From Eledone cirrhosa (lineage: Eukaryota): a DNA stretch of 64,000 bases. This document shows positions 1-13,400 of this stretch, piece by piece; position 1 is the stretch's first letter; the number at the start of each line of letters is the position of its first letter. The stretch covers positions 306,962,001 to 307,026,000 of the forward strand of contig OZ024743.1 in NCBI GenBank assembly GCA_964016885.1, given 5' to 3'. A model generated the notes under the pieces. The model did no database searches and was not told where the DNA came from. It was given only the letters and a program-made list of their open reading frames with translations. The position numbers and the translations under genes were made by a program.

Positions 1-480
1 TGTACATTTTTAACTTAATTATATATATATACATAATAGAAAAAACGAACAAGTTTCGTTTACATATGAAAAATATTTATTGCGTATCGACCTGTTACGC
101 GCGTTTCGCATAGGGTTGGCTCAAGGTGGCCCATAGGTGTTATGAACCCGACTCCAGTATCGATCTGTCCTCAGTATTTCACCGTACTAGCTAGACTTTA
201 TATATATATATATATATATTTATCACTTATTTTTTATCATTTATTTTGTTTTGACCTGTTTAGCTTGATTTAGTTTTTGGCTTGGGTGGTTAATGCTTTC
301 TTGACCACCTTTTCAGTTTTGTATGGCTTCTTAACACATTGTTTAGCTCTGGTTTTTAACTATTGAGCACTTTGCCAGTATCATTTCTGATTTTTGCGTT
401 TCGCTTCGCTTTTCCTGCCCGCCGAAAATGCGATTCTCGCTGAATCTTTATTTGTATATATATATATATATATATATATA

Positions 481-3400
481 ATAAATAATAATAATAATGA
501 AATTATTGTGTAGAATGCTCAGGTGCACTACAACTCATCAAAGATGCATGTATAGTACATAGAATAATGTACAAATGTCAGGAAAATGAACAGTGTATGA
601 GTCATGATATAATAACAATAACAATAATGAAATATTGTGTACAGTGCCCAGGTGCACCACAACTCATCAAAAAAGTGCATGTACAGTACATAGGGCAATG
701 CGCAAACATCAGTAAAATGAACAGTGCACGAGTCATGATACACACATGTGTGCATGTGTATGGAAGGGGTACATCAGGTGTAGTTTTGGCGTATTTCGGG
801 AAGCATGAGTGTCTTAAAGGATGCAGTGTCTCGGCAGCTAACAATTGACGCAGGCAGTTTGTTCCATGCTTCAGCAACTCTGAGCGTGAAAAAATGTCTG
901 CGAAAGTCATGGGAGCTGTGCTGTTTTCTTATCTTGTAGGCATGTCCACGTGTGTTAGACACATGGAGATCAAAGAGGCGCTCAGGGTTGCAGTTGGCGA
1001 GATGGTTAAAAACTTTGTGGGTATTCACCAAGTCCATTGCCAGACGTCGGAGCTTCAATGAATCCATGCCCAGGGAAGCAAGGCGTTCAGAGTATGGTAG
1101 GTGTCTGGTGGAGGGTATGCGCTTGGTTGCACGTCTCTGAACAGTTTCCAGGAGGTCAATGTTCCGAGCAAGATAGGGGTTCCAGACTGATGATGCGAAT
1201 TCCAAGTGTGGTCGCACCATAGCTGTATACAGTTTTAAATAGATGGCTGGAGAGCGGCTAACAAAGGTCTTGCTGAGTGATGCCAAGACACCCTCGGCCT
1301 TCTTGACAATCTTAGAGACATGCTTTGTCCAACGCAAATCGTTGCTGACAGTAATGCCCAGGTCACGTTCACAAGAGGACTTTTTGATGTCAGTGTTGTG
1401 GAGGGAGTATGTGGATGCTGGATTTTTCCTTCCAAAATGCATGGTGGTACACTTGTCCACAGCCAGCTTCAGTTGCCAGTCTGTGATCCATTGCTGCATT
1501 GTGTCCAGGTCTGATTGTAGGAAAGAGTTGTAAATTTCAGGATCAGTCCTTTTGATTTCAAGGTACAGCTTGATGTCATCTGCATATTTTAGTACCGTGG
1601 CATTCTGTAAGTTGGCATCTATGTCATTAATATATGCCACAAACAAAAGAGGACCAAGAATAGATCCCTGTGGTACACCAGATGACATCTCATATGGTGA
1701 AGAATGCTGTCCTAGAACCGTGACTACTTCCTTTCGGCTGAGAATGAAGGATTTCAGCCAGTCGAAAAGATCATCCCTCACACCCATTGCAGAGAGTTTT
1801 GCCAAAAGTCTTTTGTGTGGCACAGAATTAAAAGCCTTAGCAAAGTCAAGGTAAACAACATCCACCCATGAGCCGCTGTCAGTGATCCGGGTGATGTCCT
1901 CAAGGAACTCGATAAGCTGATCACAGCAGCTGGAGTTAGGGATAAATCCAAACTGTGAGGGCCGGATGAGGCTGTGAGAGCTCCAGAAGTTCCAAAGTGT
2001 TTCTCTGACACAGGATTCCATCAGTTTGGCCATACAGCTAATAAGACTGACTGGACGATAGTTGACAGGTGACATGCGGTTGCCCTTTTTGAACAGGGGA
2101 ATGACACTGGCAGTTTTCCACTGCTCCGGAGTAGCACCATTGCTGAGACAGTATTGAAAGAAAAAGAGAAAGCTGGCGCAAAAGGAAATCCCCGCCACGT
2201 TTGAGAAGCAGGTATGTCACACCATCAAGACCAGGGGAGGCATAGTTGCGCTTGTTCTTAAGGTGACGTCGCAACATTGCAGGTGTAAATTCCATAGTTG
2301 TTATGGAATTTGATGTTAGAGATGGTGGAGATGGTACATTCTGGTTTTCAACAGTAAAAATACTTGCATAGCACTCAGCAATGAGTTCTGCGCATTCCTT
2401 GGGATCGTCAGTGATCTGGCTTGTGTGGGGATTGCGAAGAGGACCAACTGGAGAGTGAGGTCTCTGCTTTGAATGAACATATTTCCAGAACACCTTACTG
2501 TCAGGATTGGTTGCTATGCACTGTTCAAATTGAAGCACTGCCTTTTTTGTCACTTGCTTGAGATGGTTAGAAGATTTATTCCGCTTTTTTCTGTTGGCAT
2601 CTGATCTATGCAGTTTATATTCCCGTTCAGCGTTCCGACGTTCTTTCCTGGCAAGTCGGACCGCTGAAGTTTCCCAGATTGCACTTTTGGGGTGGTTATT
2701 TTTCCGCTTCCGTGGCACTGATGCTGCACACGCTATCCATATTGAGTCCAGGATGCTCTGGAGTATAGAGTTCACATCTCCAGAGTTATACATCTCATGC
2801 CAGTTTGGGCGCTGTAGCTCAGTGCAGTACAAGTTCCAATCCGCCCTCTTCCAATCAAAGCAAGCAGATTGGAGATGGCTCTGGTTTTTGTTGCTGCCCT
2901 CAAGTGCCAGATTGGCAATGATCATAGCATGATCAGAGTCGCCTAGAGGTTCCTCAGTAGTACAACTGATAACCACTTCAGGAGTAGTGGTGAAGATCAG
3001 GTCCAAAGTGTTGTCACCTCTTGTTGGAGAGGTGACTACTTGTGACCAGTTTGAGTCCAGCACTAGTTCAAGGAAATCGTTTGCACCCTGTGGCCAACGA
3101 AAGGTTTCCCAATCGATCTCAGGATGATTGAAGTCACCTGCAATAAACACATAAGTGGCTGTTTTCTTGGCAGCAACTCTGAGGATATCGCAAAGCTGTG
3201 TGTCCTGATGGTAGTTTGGGGGGGCGATAAACAACACCAAGCAGAAATGTTGACATGGTCATACGTATGTCACAGAAAAAAACTTCTTCCTGTGATTCGT
3301 TCAAATCAGCGCAAGGAATTACCGAAAAGTTTGAACGAACGTAGACCATCACACCACCACCACGGCGGTTAATGCGGTCCTTGCGGAAAAGGTTGTACCC

Positions 3401-4140
3401 AGTAATGGTGAAAACCCCATCACAGAGTAAGGAATGTGCCCATGTTTCCGTGACTGTGATGAAGTCAGGGTCGATGCTTCTGACGTAGGATTCGAACAGA
3501 TGTATCTTGTTGCATAAACTGCGAGCATTTAAGGACAACAATTTGTACCCTGCTCGCAGTTTATGATGGTGTGTAGAGGGTGGCAGGTTGTTCTGGTTTA
3601 GTTTCCCAGAGTTGTAGTAGTTTTTACATTGCCAGTTATTGTGGGTAGATCACACTCAGACCAGTTGGTATCTCTCTTCCACGTTTCACCAGCCTTGACA
3701 AACCTCCAGATCTGCCCATCATCACGCAGACTGAAACTTTCATCTTGTGCTGAGTTCCGATTCAAGGAAGCTGCAGCACGTAGTTTTGGACGTACATGGG
3801 GTGGTAGGCCTGGGCGTGTTCGGAAGGTAATCCGATTTTCACGCCCAGCTTTAGCAGAGGCCAGATGATATGAGGTTGCCTCTGCGGGGTCCGAGAAAGA
3901 CAGCCTGATGAGTCTGGGTTTTGGACCAGGTCGACCAAGGCAGAGGGCACCCTTTGGGGGAACACAGCCTAGGTCTTTGGCTGAGCTGGCAGCAAATGCC
4001 TGAAGATCAGCCTTGTCCTCTGGTACCCCAATGGCAAATACATGATGGACTCTCCCGAGCTGTATCGCCGAGCTGTATGAGGGTTCAACAGTATTCTCAG
4101 TTCATTTTATGTTTATGCCTTAAATGGCACTCATGAATGT
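481..4140 (-). mobile_element. CR1-type LINE with ORF1 C-terminal remnant, frameshifted ORF2 and 3' UTR with (TTA)n tail
   Basis: Minus-strand ORFs 3134-3541, 2038-3240 and 774-2198 join into APE-RT. ORF1-like RLGRPGPKPRLIRLSF lies near 3890-3940. The 3' UTR has a ~130 bp tandem duplication (521/650) and ends in a (TTA)n tail at ~481-498. Confidence 0.88.
774..3545 (-). pseudogene. CR1 ORF2 (APE endonuclease + reverse transcriptase), two frameshifts near 3230 and 2160
   Basis: APE motifs SLNARSL, VTETW, GDFNHP and SDH. RT motifs NYRPVSL, YLDFAKAF, GVPQGS and YADD. CR1-type C-terminus TRGH...FFTLRVAEAWNKLP. Confidence 0.9.
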
Positions 4141-4227
4141 TATTAATATTCGAAAAGCTCAGATTACATTTATTGTATTCAGCCATGTAGAGCGAAATTT
4201 TCTTATATATATATATATTTAAAAGAA

Positions 4228-4406
4228 TGTACGTATTGTATATTTAAAAGATATACTGTATATTTATTTTAAAACAATTTCGAGATCTTTTGCTATGAAT
4301 TTTAAGGTAGCGACTAACGTCACATACCTGAAAATTCATAGCGAAAGGCCTTCAAAATGTTTTTAAATATGAACATACTGTATATTATTAAATATACAGT
4401 ACGTAC
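4228..4406. repeat. Decayed ~180 bp imperfect palindrome next to (TA)n
   Basis: The arms GTACGTATTGTATATTTAA...TTTTGCTATGAATTTTAAGGTA and TACCTGAAAATTCATAGCGAAA...TTAAATATACAGTACGTAC are reverse complements with mismatches. Confidence 0.7.
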
Positions 4407-4464
4407 CTACATTCATATATACGTCACTATTTCAGAGCACCATATACAATATATATATATATAT

Positions 4465-4657
4465 AACGAAGGAGTTGTGGTAAGGAACCAGATGGACCAT
4501 AACGCACCAGAGTACTCAATACTTAGGGTAGTAGAGTAGGTAATAGGAAAATGTATGACCCCGACGGCAGAGCTCAAGCCATTTCGACGGCTATTTCTGG
4601 ACCGTCGAAATAGCCGTCGAAACGGCTTGAGCTCTGCCGTCGGGGTCATACATTTTC
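4465..4657 (-). mobile_element. Family A fold-back mini-element (3' half of a hammerhead), copy 1
   Basis: Flanked by (TA)n. Palindrome 4547-4657 contains GAAACGGC-ttgagctct-GCCGTC. Closely similar to seven other copies in the window. Confidence 0.8.
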
Positions 4658-4690
<33 letters not shown>

Positions 4691-4953
4691 CACATATATA
4701 CATATATACATACACATATACATATATATATATTTACATACATATATTGATATATATACATACATATATGTGTGTGTTTTAAACAATGAAAATAAAACAA
4801 ATAGCGAAGATAGGTACTTAATTAGTTCATTGCTTTATGATTGTTTCAGGAGGTTGATGGATTATGATAAATCGATATATTGACTAATTGATAGTGGTTA
4901 TTTCACCAGTTATTACTAGTCTCGATATTTCAGATCCAGCTCATCTTCTTCCT

Positions 4954-5015
<62 letters not shown>

Positions 5016-5657
5016 TATATATATAATGTTGTAGTAAAAATTTGGTACAAGAATATCGAATGGGTCTGAGCACTCACTCTATGGGACGAATTATGATGTA
5101 CAATACAATTAAATTACTGCAAATACACGCGTTTCATTAGTGTTTCAAACTATATGTAAGCTCCACTGCAGAAACTAGATGTAAGCTCCCAAAATCTCAA
5201 TAAACCGACGCTTCAAATGAAACCCTAAAAAACAAGGACTCTATATGTTAGTAGCCGGTATTTTCGTGTCAACAGCCATTTAAGGACACTAAAAAATCTA
5301 ATCACTCGCATAACTAAAGTCATAGTCATCATTGATTAAGGATAGATTAACACATACACAAGCAACCTACTTGTTCATAGAATTATATCTGTACATAATG
5401 TCAGTGCAATGACTCTCACATTTTATCAAGGTTTGTAAAACATCGGTGAGCATCCTGATGTAATTTCTTGTTCATGCTTGTTACAACTTCACATCAGATT
5501 CTAGCAAAGAAATAGATGTCAAAATCAATGTATGAAACTATTGCTCAAACTTCTGCGGTTATATTTCACCTCTTGTTTGTTTGTTGAGAACAAAATGGTG
5601 TTAAATAAAGATGGATTCGGCTGGCTTATTTCGATGCATCTCTGTGTATTTATCCAT

Positions 5658-5795
5658 AAGGCGGTGAAATGGCAGAGTCGTTAGAACATTGGATAGAATG
5701 CTTAGAAGTAATCGTTCAAATCTCTCCCAGGGGTGAACTTTGCCTTTCATCCTTTCGAGATCAATACATAATTACCAATCCACTATTGTGGTCGA
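5658..5795 (+). mobile_element. tRNA-derived SINE, decayed
   Basis: A-box-like TGGCAGAGTCG, B-box-like GTTCAAAT and the family core GCCTTTCATCCTTTCGAG. Confidence 0.7.
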
Positions 5796-5869
5796 AGCGT
5801 TCTCTTTCGAGGGAGAATGAGTGAGGGGTGGGGGAGAAATACAGAGAGAGAGAGAGAGAAAGAGAGACC

Positions 5870-6330
5870 ACATTAGTCACTCTTGTAACTATAGTAACGG
5901 AAGGACAAGAACAGAGACTACCCTATTAAATGGAAGATACTTGAAAATCTTGACAATATATAAGTAGGCTCAAAGTTTGCAGATTATGCAATGGTGGTGA
6001 AAACTTAATAATCTTTACCGCAACAATAGATCTTTAAACACCTTCCTAGAATTCTTCTTTTGGGTTTCCTACGCCACGAAACACCTTCTAAATTAATGTA
6101 TTCCACCTTCCTCTTTCAGTTATCCCCCTTGTCTAATTTATTGTGTTGGTCTACATACCTTTCTAACCGCAAGGGTTATCCTCTCTATGTTGTTTTTTAT
6201 TAATTCCTTCCTTCCCTTTTTGTCGCTCTCCGATCTCCCTCATTTATGTAAGTTACTTCCAGCTCCTTTCCCTCGCCACAGGTTAAAAAGTTTGTCCAAC
6301 CAAAGAAACGCGTGTTCCTGTTATGTTCTC
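5870..6330 (+). mobile_element. PLE 3' remnant: GIY-YIG C-terminus plus decayed hammerhead at 6278-6321
   Basis: Translates across frames as DYPIKWKILEN...KVCRLCNGGEKL, matching the W...CxLC..E tail of the PLE at 46212-48059. Downstream is ACAGG-ttaaaaa-stem-GAAACGCGTGTT-CCTGT, with stem I intact and the core mutated. Confidence 0.6.
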
Positions 6331-6399
6331 GTTGTAGGACTGGTATTAATAATAATATATGAAAACTCGCCACACGGGCTTGAGTTGCTCTATGCCTTG

Positions 6400-6725
6400 G
6401 GTATCTCTACCAAGTTATTACTAGCATAGATGAGGCGAAAACCATACTGTTCAACGGCTAGCTTGGACACGACAATTTCCCTACATCCCTTTGCCAGTCA
6501 CTTAGCATAGACTTTACCTTGGAGACTTAACAAGGACATCCTCTATAATTGGAGCAATTTCTCTTGCTTCCCTTTTTTGAAAATAACATTATCACTCCCG
6601 ATTGGTATTGCTTAGGTACTTTTCCAGAGATTCAGACCACCCGGCACACATGAGTGAGCTAGAGAATACTTTCTCTATTTAAGGCTTTTATCTCTAGCCG
6701 AATTCCATCCTCCTTAGCGGCCTTG
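6400..6725 (-). mobile_element. RTE-clade LINE RT fragment, decayed
   Basis: Minus translation resembles GKVPKQYQSGVI..FSKKG...SLLSLQGKVYAK...REIVVSKLAVEQYGFR, the N-terminal RT segment of RTE LINEs. Confidence 0.6.
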
Positions 6726-6887
6726 TCGTATTTGATACACGTAAACGAAACTTCATCGTCTTATATTATATATATACACACACACACACACATATATATA
6801 CACACACACATATATATATACACACACACACACATATATATATATATACACACACACATACATATATATATATATACACACACACAC

Positions 6888-6939
<52 letters not shown>

Positions 6940-7249
6940 TTCAAGAGTAACCAATCTTAAAGAGAGAGATGGGGATAGGGGAGGAGATAGGAGAGGAGAA
7001 GAGAAATTGGTGAGTTAGTTAGAAGCCAAACCGTAAAGGCATGTGCTCAATGTGCAATATGCAGTAGAAAGCAGCTAGGTGGCTGGGTTCATGCAGAAGT
7101 TAGGTACACAGAGCTGGAAATATTCATTAGTTAAGCAAAACAAGACCACAAATTTCACAAGGAAGACATTATTAAAAGATTGTCAACATATTTTAGTTTG
7201 ATGTAAGGAATGTAGAGAATAATAACAATAATATTAATAATAATAATGT

Positions 7250-9747
7250 CCGTTTAAAATTGTTTCGCTACTCCATATAATATTTCTGGATCAAATGATT
7301 ATAGATCATTATTGATCTGGTTCAGTTGAAAATAAATAACTTAGGTAAAATTAGAGCAGCTCACCGGAACTTCAAAAGGAATATAAATTAAAATAAGGAA
7401 AGAATGTTACATGAATGTAATGTTCCATATATTGGTATTTCACTATGGTGTCCTGGGTATATCTATTGTCTGCCATAGTCGAGCAGTATTCTTCTGTCGA
7501 GGCTGCATTGTGTGAGATCTGCCTATGGGTAACAAGATGGCCGTCAATGGACATATTTACCTTACTAACTAGAGGGTGGTTTCAGGGGAAGTAACTCCTC
7601 GAGAGATTAGAAATTGTGGGTAGTTTATAGTTAAGAAGTGCTATTTTTTTTTTTTTTTATTGAGAGACAATGTAAGGGAGATAACTTATAATTATCTAAG
7701 TTAGCTATAACTATTTAACTTATTAGCTACAAGTAAAAATGGGGCTACATGACTATGTTGGGTCAAATATTCTGTTGGCGAAGGAATTAGCCCTTCGATG
7801 TTAACAGTTAATAGTTACCTCCGTTCTATCGTTAATCGGTAGAGGTCGTGATAGAGTTATGTAATATGCTTCGGTAAGACAGAGGTCACAAGAGTTTCTT
7901 CGTCCATTGAACGGTTGGGCCCTAGCCAAGATATCCCATGATAGTGAGTGTTCAATGTTGGTTAATTTAAGGTTTTTAATGAGCCTAGCTAGAGATGTCG
8001 AACATCTGTTGTTAGCGTCTCGGAAGGAAAAAGAGTGCGCGTTATAGCGTACCTTAAAAGGGTTAGAGGTAGAGCCGATATAGGAGCTGGTATGCGAAGC
8101 AGTTTTAACCGTGCACCTATAAACTATATTGGGCGTCAGGCAATGTCCATTTAGTGGGCATCCATTAGGGTAACGGCAGTTGCAGTTACTTCTGCGGTTA
8201 GTGAGAGTAGGGTTGTTTAACCTAAGCGGTTGGTCAGTGCTAGAAGGATTAGATGGGGGAGGTGTGCTACTAGAGTAAGTATTGGTGTAGTGGCGTGGTG
8301 TATTTGATGGGTGGGTGGTACCGTGGTGTGGGAGTTATACTGTCTTAGTTTATGATGGTTATTGAATGCGATGTGGCTAGCTAGGTTAGGTGTTGCGGAG
8401 AATGAGATTTTAATGTTGTTTTTTATTAAAGAGTGTGTAATATCTATGGTGGGGGGGGGGATGTTTAGATAGGATAGAGAAGAAGCGTTTAGGGATATTA
8501 GTGGCTAGATTAGATGAGAATGGGGGGGGGGTAAGACAGGTGATGTTTCTAGGCCTATTCCTTCTAGGGGTTCTAGTGGAGTTGGTAGGGGCCTTCATAG
8601 GGTTATTATTACCTGGGCATTTGTTATTTGTCATCCCATTGCTCATTCCTATTCTAGGGTTGATTTTTAGTTTGCTACTTGGAATGGGGAGCAGGCCACT
8701 GCCACCATTAACATTCCCTGTATAAGTGCTGTTACTGCTAAAATTCCGGCGAATCTGGCTATATGCTAAGGTATTTCTACTTCTAGTGTTAAGTTTATTA
8801 TGGTTGTGGTGAAGTGCTGTATTATGGCATTTAGGTATGTAGTAAATGGAATGTTCATAACCAGATTCAGAAAGAGCCTTATTATAATATGCCGCATGGT
8901 TTATAAATATCTCCTCATTTGCTGATAGCATGGAGATGCTATACGAGATAGATTTGATTACTGCTCTGATGACTACCGGTGGGTGGTTAGAGTGTGGACT
9001 AATATATGTAAGTATTTCACCTGGTTTATGATAAGGGTAATATAGGTTCTTGTTAAGATCCAGGGTAACGTCTAGGAAGTTTACTACTTTATGGTTCGGC
9101 TCGATGGTGATAGAGAGACCGTTATTTTTAAAGAATCTATGTAATTGTTTTTTGAGCAAGTCAATGCCTCGATTAGTGGAATTGTGGACTGCAAATAGGG
9201 CGTCGTCTCTATATATTCCGCCTTGCATGGGTTGGATTTCAGCTCTGATTTTATGTAATAGGTAAATTCCAACTAAATCGGTGGTTTGCGCAGAGTCACT
9301 TGAGCCCATCGTGATGTCAAAGTTGTCTGTTCTGTTCTTTTCTAGTCCAGAGTGCTCCGTTGAATTCAATGATGGTCTGCCTAGCCATAAGTATGATGTC
9401 AATCTCATTATTGGTTATGTCAGAGTTGGTGCTGCCTAGGGTTAATGCTTTGCTGAGCAGTGCCGGGGTTATTGAAGCGTAATAGCTGTCAATGTCAAAT
9501 TGGAGGAACCTCATAGATTCCTTGGACCTTAGATCGGAGAACCATCTAATGACTTGGCCGGTGTTGGAACACAGTTTGTAGGTGATATCATCTTGTAGCC
9601 TAGGGATGATCCTATCAAGGATGTTCTTACTGCTACGACCCAAGTCGGTTGTGGTTGGGCTTATAAGTCTAATAGATGGGTTCTCTATAAAGTTTGGCTT
9701 GTGATCCTTGAGAGACAACCTTGGGGTTGTAGGTACATAACCAATAA
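7250..9747 (-). mobile_element. Penelope-like element, 5'-truncated and frameshifted (RT + CxCx5C linker + GIY-YIG)
   Basis: ORFs 9317-9760 and 8410-9408 carry LQFDIDSYY, FDITMGSSDSAQ and YRDD. The region 7760-8190 translates CNCRYPNGCPLNGHCL..NIVY...YIGST...CDLC. A decayed HHR-like fold lies at ~7271-7330. Confidence 0.88.
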
Positions 9748-10010
9748 CCCCCATTCTCATCTAATCTAGCCACTAATATTCCTAAACGCTTCTTCTCTAT
9801 CCCATCTAAACATCACCCCCCCCCCCCCACCATAGATATTACACACTCTTTAATAAAAACAACATTAAAATCTCATTCTCCACAACACCTAACCTAGCTA
9901 GCCACATCGCATTCAGTAACCATCATAAACTAAGACAGTATAACTCCCACACCGCGGTACCACCACCCCCATCAAATACACCACGCCACTACACCAATAC
10001 TTACTCTAGT
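9748..10010 (+). repeat. Inverted duplicate of PLE-internal segment 8269-8526 at the 5' truncation point
   Basis: CCCCATTCTCATCTAATCTAGCCAC...CCAATACTTACTCTAGT is the reverse complement of 8269-8526 and ends in (TA)n. Confidence 0.9.
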
Positions 10011-10076
10011 ATATATATATATATAATTAAGTCAAATATGTAAAATTTGGCTTCGTTTATTATAAATTATAAATGT

Positions 10077-10131
10077 ACTGCTATATATATTTCGGTGACA
10101 GCCATTTTTGGCTGTGACCTCTTCAGGCAGT
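10077..10131 (-). ncRNA. Type I hammerhead ribozyme motif (mirror copy)
   Basis: Reverse complement reads ACTGC CTGAAGA GGTCACAGCCA-aaaa-TGGCTGTCACC GAAA TATATATA GCAGT. Confidence 0.85.
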
Positions 10132-10345
10132 CCGAATTGGTGTGGAAAAGACAGGTACACATGTTGTTGAAGTGTGTTTTACTCCGTCAATACATCGATA
10201 GGTCCAGCTCCTGGTTGTGTTCTTATTTCCCTGAGGAACTGGTCAGAGAAATAACAACACAACCAGGAGCTGGACATATCGATGTATTGACGGAGTAAAA
10301 CACACTTCGACAACATGTGTACCTGTCTTTCCCACACCAATTCGG

Positions 10346-10400
10346 ACTGCCTGAAGAGGTCACAGCCAATGATGGCTGTCACCGAAATATATATAGCAGT
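10346..10400 (+). ncRNA. Type I minimal hammerhead ribozyme motif
   Basis: Stem I ACTGC/GCAGT, core CTGAAGA (10351-57), 11 bp stem II with one mismatch, GAAA (10384-87), palindromic TATATA stem III and AUA cleavage triplet. Confidence 0.87.
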
Positions 10401-10455
10401 ATATCTATAATTTATAATAAACGAAGCCAAATTTCACATATTTGACTTAATTATT

Positions 10456-13400
10456 TTACATTACTTTCAACCTCATCCACCATACAACCTCTTTCGCTAC
10501 TGTCACCAGACAGAGGAAAATTTCCTGCCCTTCCTGGCCAAAAGAAGGCGGCGGGTCGATCTTCACTATGGACTCGGCCGATAGCCGGATCCGTTCTACA
10601 CCCGACAACAGCTGTTCGACATAACTCCACAAGTCAGTAATGCACGGACACTGGACGAGTGCGTGCAGAACAGTTTCGTCGCTCTGCGCGCACCTGGGGC
10701 AGGTCCTTCTGACAGCACTTCCGTGCCTGTAGAGTTTATCTCGAACCGGCAGTGCACCCCGGTAGCACTGCCAAGCGAGGGATTTTTGGAAATTATCCAT
10801 CGTCTCCGGCTCGAAAGTCATCCGGAACAGACTGGTTAGTTCGACTTAGTCGACTCTCAAAGCCACTCCGAGTGCGTCGTCGCACTTGCCCACCACTAAT
10901 CCTCTATAGAACTCGAGAGTGGAAGTTCCACTGACCGCATTGCCCGCCTGGTAGAGGGCAGTGAGGACCTGGCAACAGTTCTTGACCCAGGACTGCAGCT
11001 CAGTCAAAGAGACGAGCTGCGGAAAGGCCCGTCTGACAAACGGCGACCACACCTGTTCACCGTTTAGGCAGAATATCTGGAGATGCCGCAGCCTCAGCGC
11101 GTGTCTGCGCATCATTAGCCACGGCATGTCCAGCCCTCCACGTAGAGGGTGCTGGCAGCAGATGGACCGCCTCACCAGCGGAACCTGACCCCTCCACAAG
11201 AATTTGAAGAGGAGCCGCTCCAAGATGGCGTGGCGCGAACGGGGCAAGGGACGACGGTCAGACGGTAGTAGATGACGGACGCGATGTACGCGTTCGCCAC
11301 CTCCGCCCGACCTTTTAGTGATAGCTTCATCCCAGCCCATTTCTGGGTGAGACTGGCTACACTGCCCGTCACCTCGTCCCAATTCTTATCCACCTGGAGG
11401 TCTGGCACGAACCAAACCCCGAGCAACTTTACCGGTCCGTCCGTCCAGTGCCTAACGACGCTGTTGGACGGCATGGACTTGCCTCTCCAGGTGCCGAGTT
11501 GCAAGCCCACCGACTTTTCCGGTTAAGTTTTGCTCCCGTCAACCTTTCATATTCCTCTAGTAAGTTGCCGACCACCTCGATTTCTGAGGTGTCCGGCACC
11601 ATCACGGTGATGTCGTCCGCATAAGCCGACACCGCCTTTCCGCGTCCCGGTTCGAGCGGGATGCGCTGCAACAACTCCAGCTTCCGCAGTAAAGGCTCGA
11701 GAGTCAATACGTACAGAAGGGAGGAGAGAGGGCACCCTTGACGGACCGATTGGGAGACCTGAAACGGTTCCGAGAGGTGGCCATTAATTTTGACCATCGA
11801 GCAGGTGCCGCTGTGCATTGCAGCGATCTAGCTTCTGAAGACGGGGCCGAAGCCAAGCGCCTTGAGGACAGCATCCAGGTACCGATGGTCGACCCTATCG
11901 AATGCTTTCGATTGATATAAATTGATAAGAGCCCCACCGAAGCCAGATTTACACCCAACCCTTTCTATGATGTATCGCATCAGGTGGAGGTTTTCGTGTA
12001 TGGACCTGGTTGGGATTGCGCAAGTTTGCGCCTCCCAAACCAAATCCCTGACGACAAGCGCCAACCTCTTCGCTAACACCCTGGCCAAAATCTTAAACTC
12101 TGTGTTGAGAAGAGTTATGGGCCTGAAATTGTCTAATGTGTCACTCTTGTTCTCGTTTTTCCTTATCAGCGTCACTACGCCCCGGCTCACAGAACTGGGA
12201 ATGCTCCCGTTCTGCTGCCAGTTGCAGTAGAGCGCTTCGAGGAGATTGGAGAACAAGTCTGGCATATTTACGTAAAGCTCGTAGGGCAGACCATCCAAAC
12301 CGGGTGACTTGCGCCTCATGCAGCCGACAAGGGAATCCTGAATCTCGGCTGAAATAATCGGCCTTTCGCAGCGCCCAGCGTCGGCCGTCGAGAGTTGCGG
12401 CAAGCCATCGAGGTAGGGAGTGAAGTCCGCCACCGCGTTTGACCCGCCACTTCTCCCGAACAACCTAGCAAAATGTTGGTGAAAGGCCTCACATATCCGC
12501 TTGGAATCGTTCAGCTCGTGTCCATCTTGATCCGTCAAAGACCGAATCGTGGTTTTATTACCACGCTGCGCCTCTGCCACGCAAGCCCATAGAACAGCGT
12601 TGTTTCCTCGTTTCTCAGAGCACGCGCCTTAGCTCTGACAATGCAACCTTCGTGTTTCGCATTGAAGAAATGGTCTAATGCCATTCTCGCCGATAGCACG
12701 TTAGTTGCAATGCCACCACAAATAGCCTCGTCTAACTTATCTACCAACTCCCCCTCCTTTCTATTTTTTTCTAATGCTACTTCTTTGCTAAACTCTATCG
12801 ACATTACCCTAATCTCTCTTTTGAGAGCCCCCCACCATCTATTGTTGACGACTTCCCCTGTCAACTTTTTCTTAACTAAATTGTTGATCTGGTCCCTGTA
12901 AGCCTTACGTGCCGGAAATGACATGTTCAGCTTCCAGTAACCAGGTCCTAATTTACGCGTCTTATCTAGGTCGACCATACAGATCACAAACTTGTGATCT
13001 GAATAGGCGACCGTTTTAAAACGTGGACAGCTTACACTATTTCTGTCTATTTTCCTAATGAATATCCTGTCTATATACGATCTAGATGACTCTATGCAGT
13101 TGGTCCAGGTCCACACTGGCGCACTAGGGAAATCTAGTCGGTACCTGTCAGAGAGTTGGAACTGGCTAATCAGGTTCTTGAGGCTTTTGCACCCCCGCTC
13201 CTATCGGATACTCCCACACAGTCCCAGCGTGCGTCTAAGATTCCGTTCCAGTCCCCCGCTAACAGTAAAGGGCGTGACTTACCCAGAAAGGCTTCCAGGC
13301 GTCTAAAGAAGTCCGGCCGTCCTGCCCCAGTAGGGGCGTAGACGACCACCAGTCTAAAGGCACCACCTTCGTTATTGTTCACGTCCAGGACCACCAACTT

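Larger units (their letters stand above)
10024..10453. repeat. ~430 bp palindrome carrying a hammerhead in each arm
   Basis: The arms are near-perfect reverse complements with the axis at ~10238. The ORF track gives near-identical 83 aa ORFs on both strands. Confidence 0.92.

Noticed and set aside
85-174. Minus-strand CTGAGGA...GAAACGCGCGTA hammerhead candidate
   Set aside because: Both boxes are present but I cannot pair stem I. It is possibly a rearranged relic and is not called.
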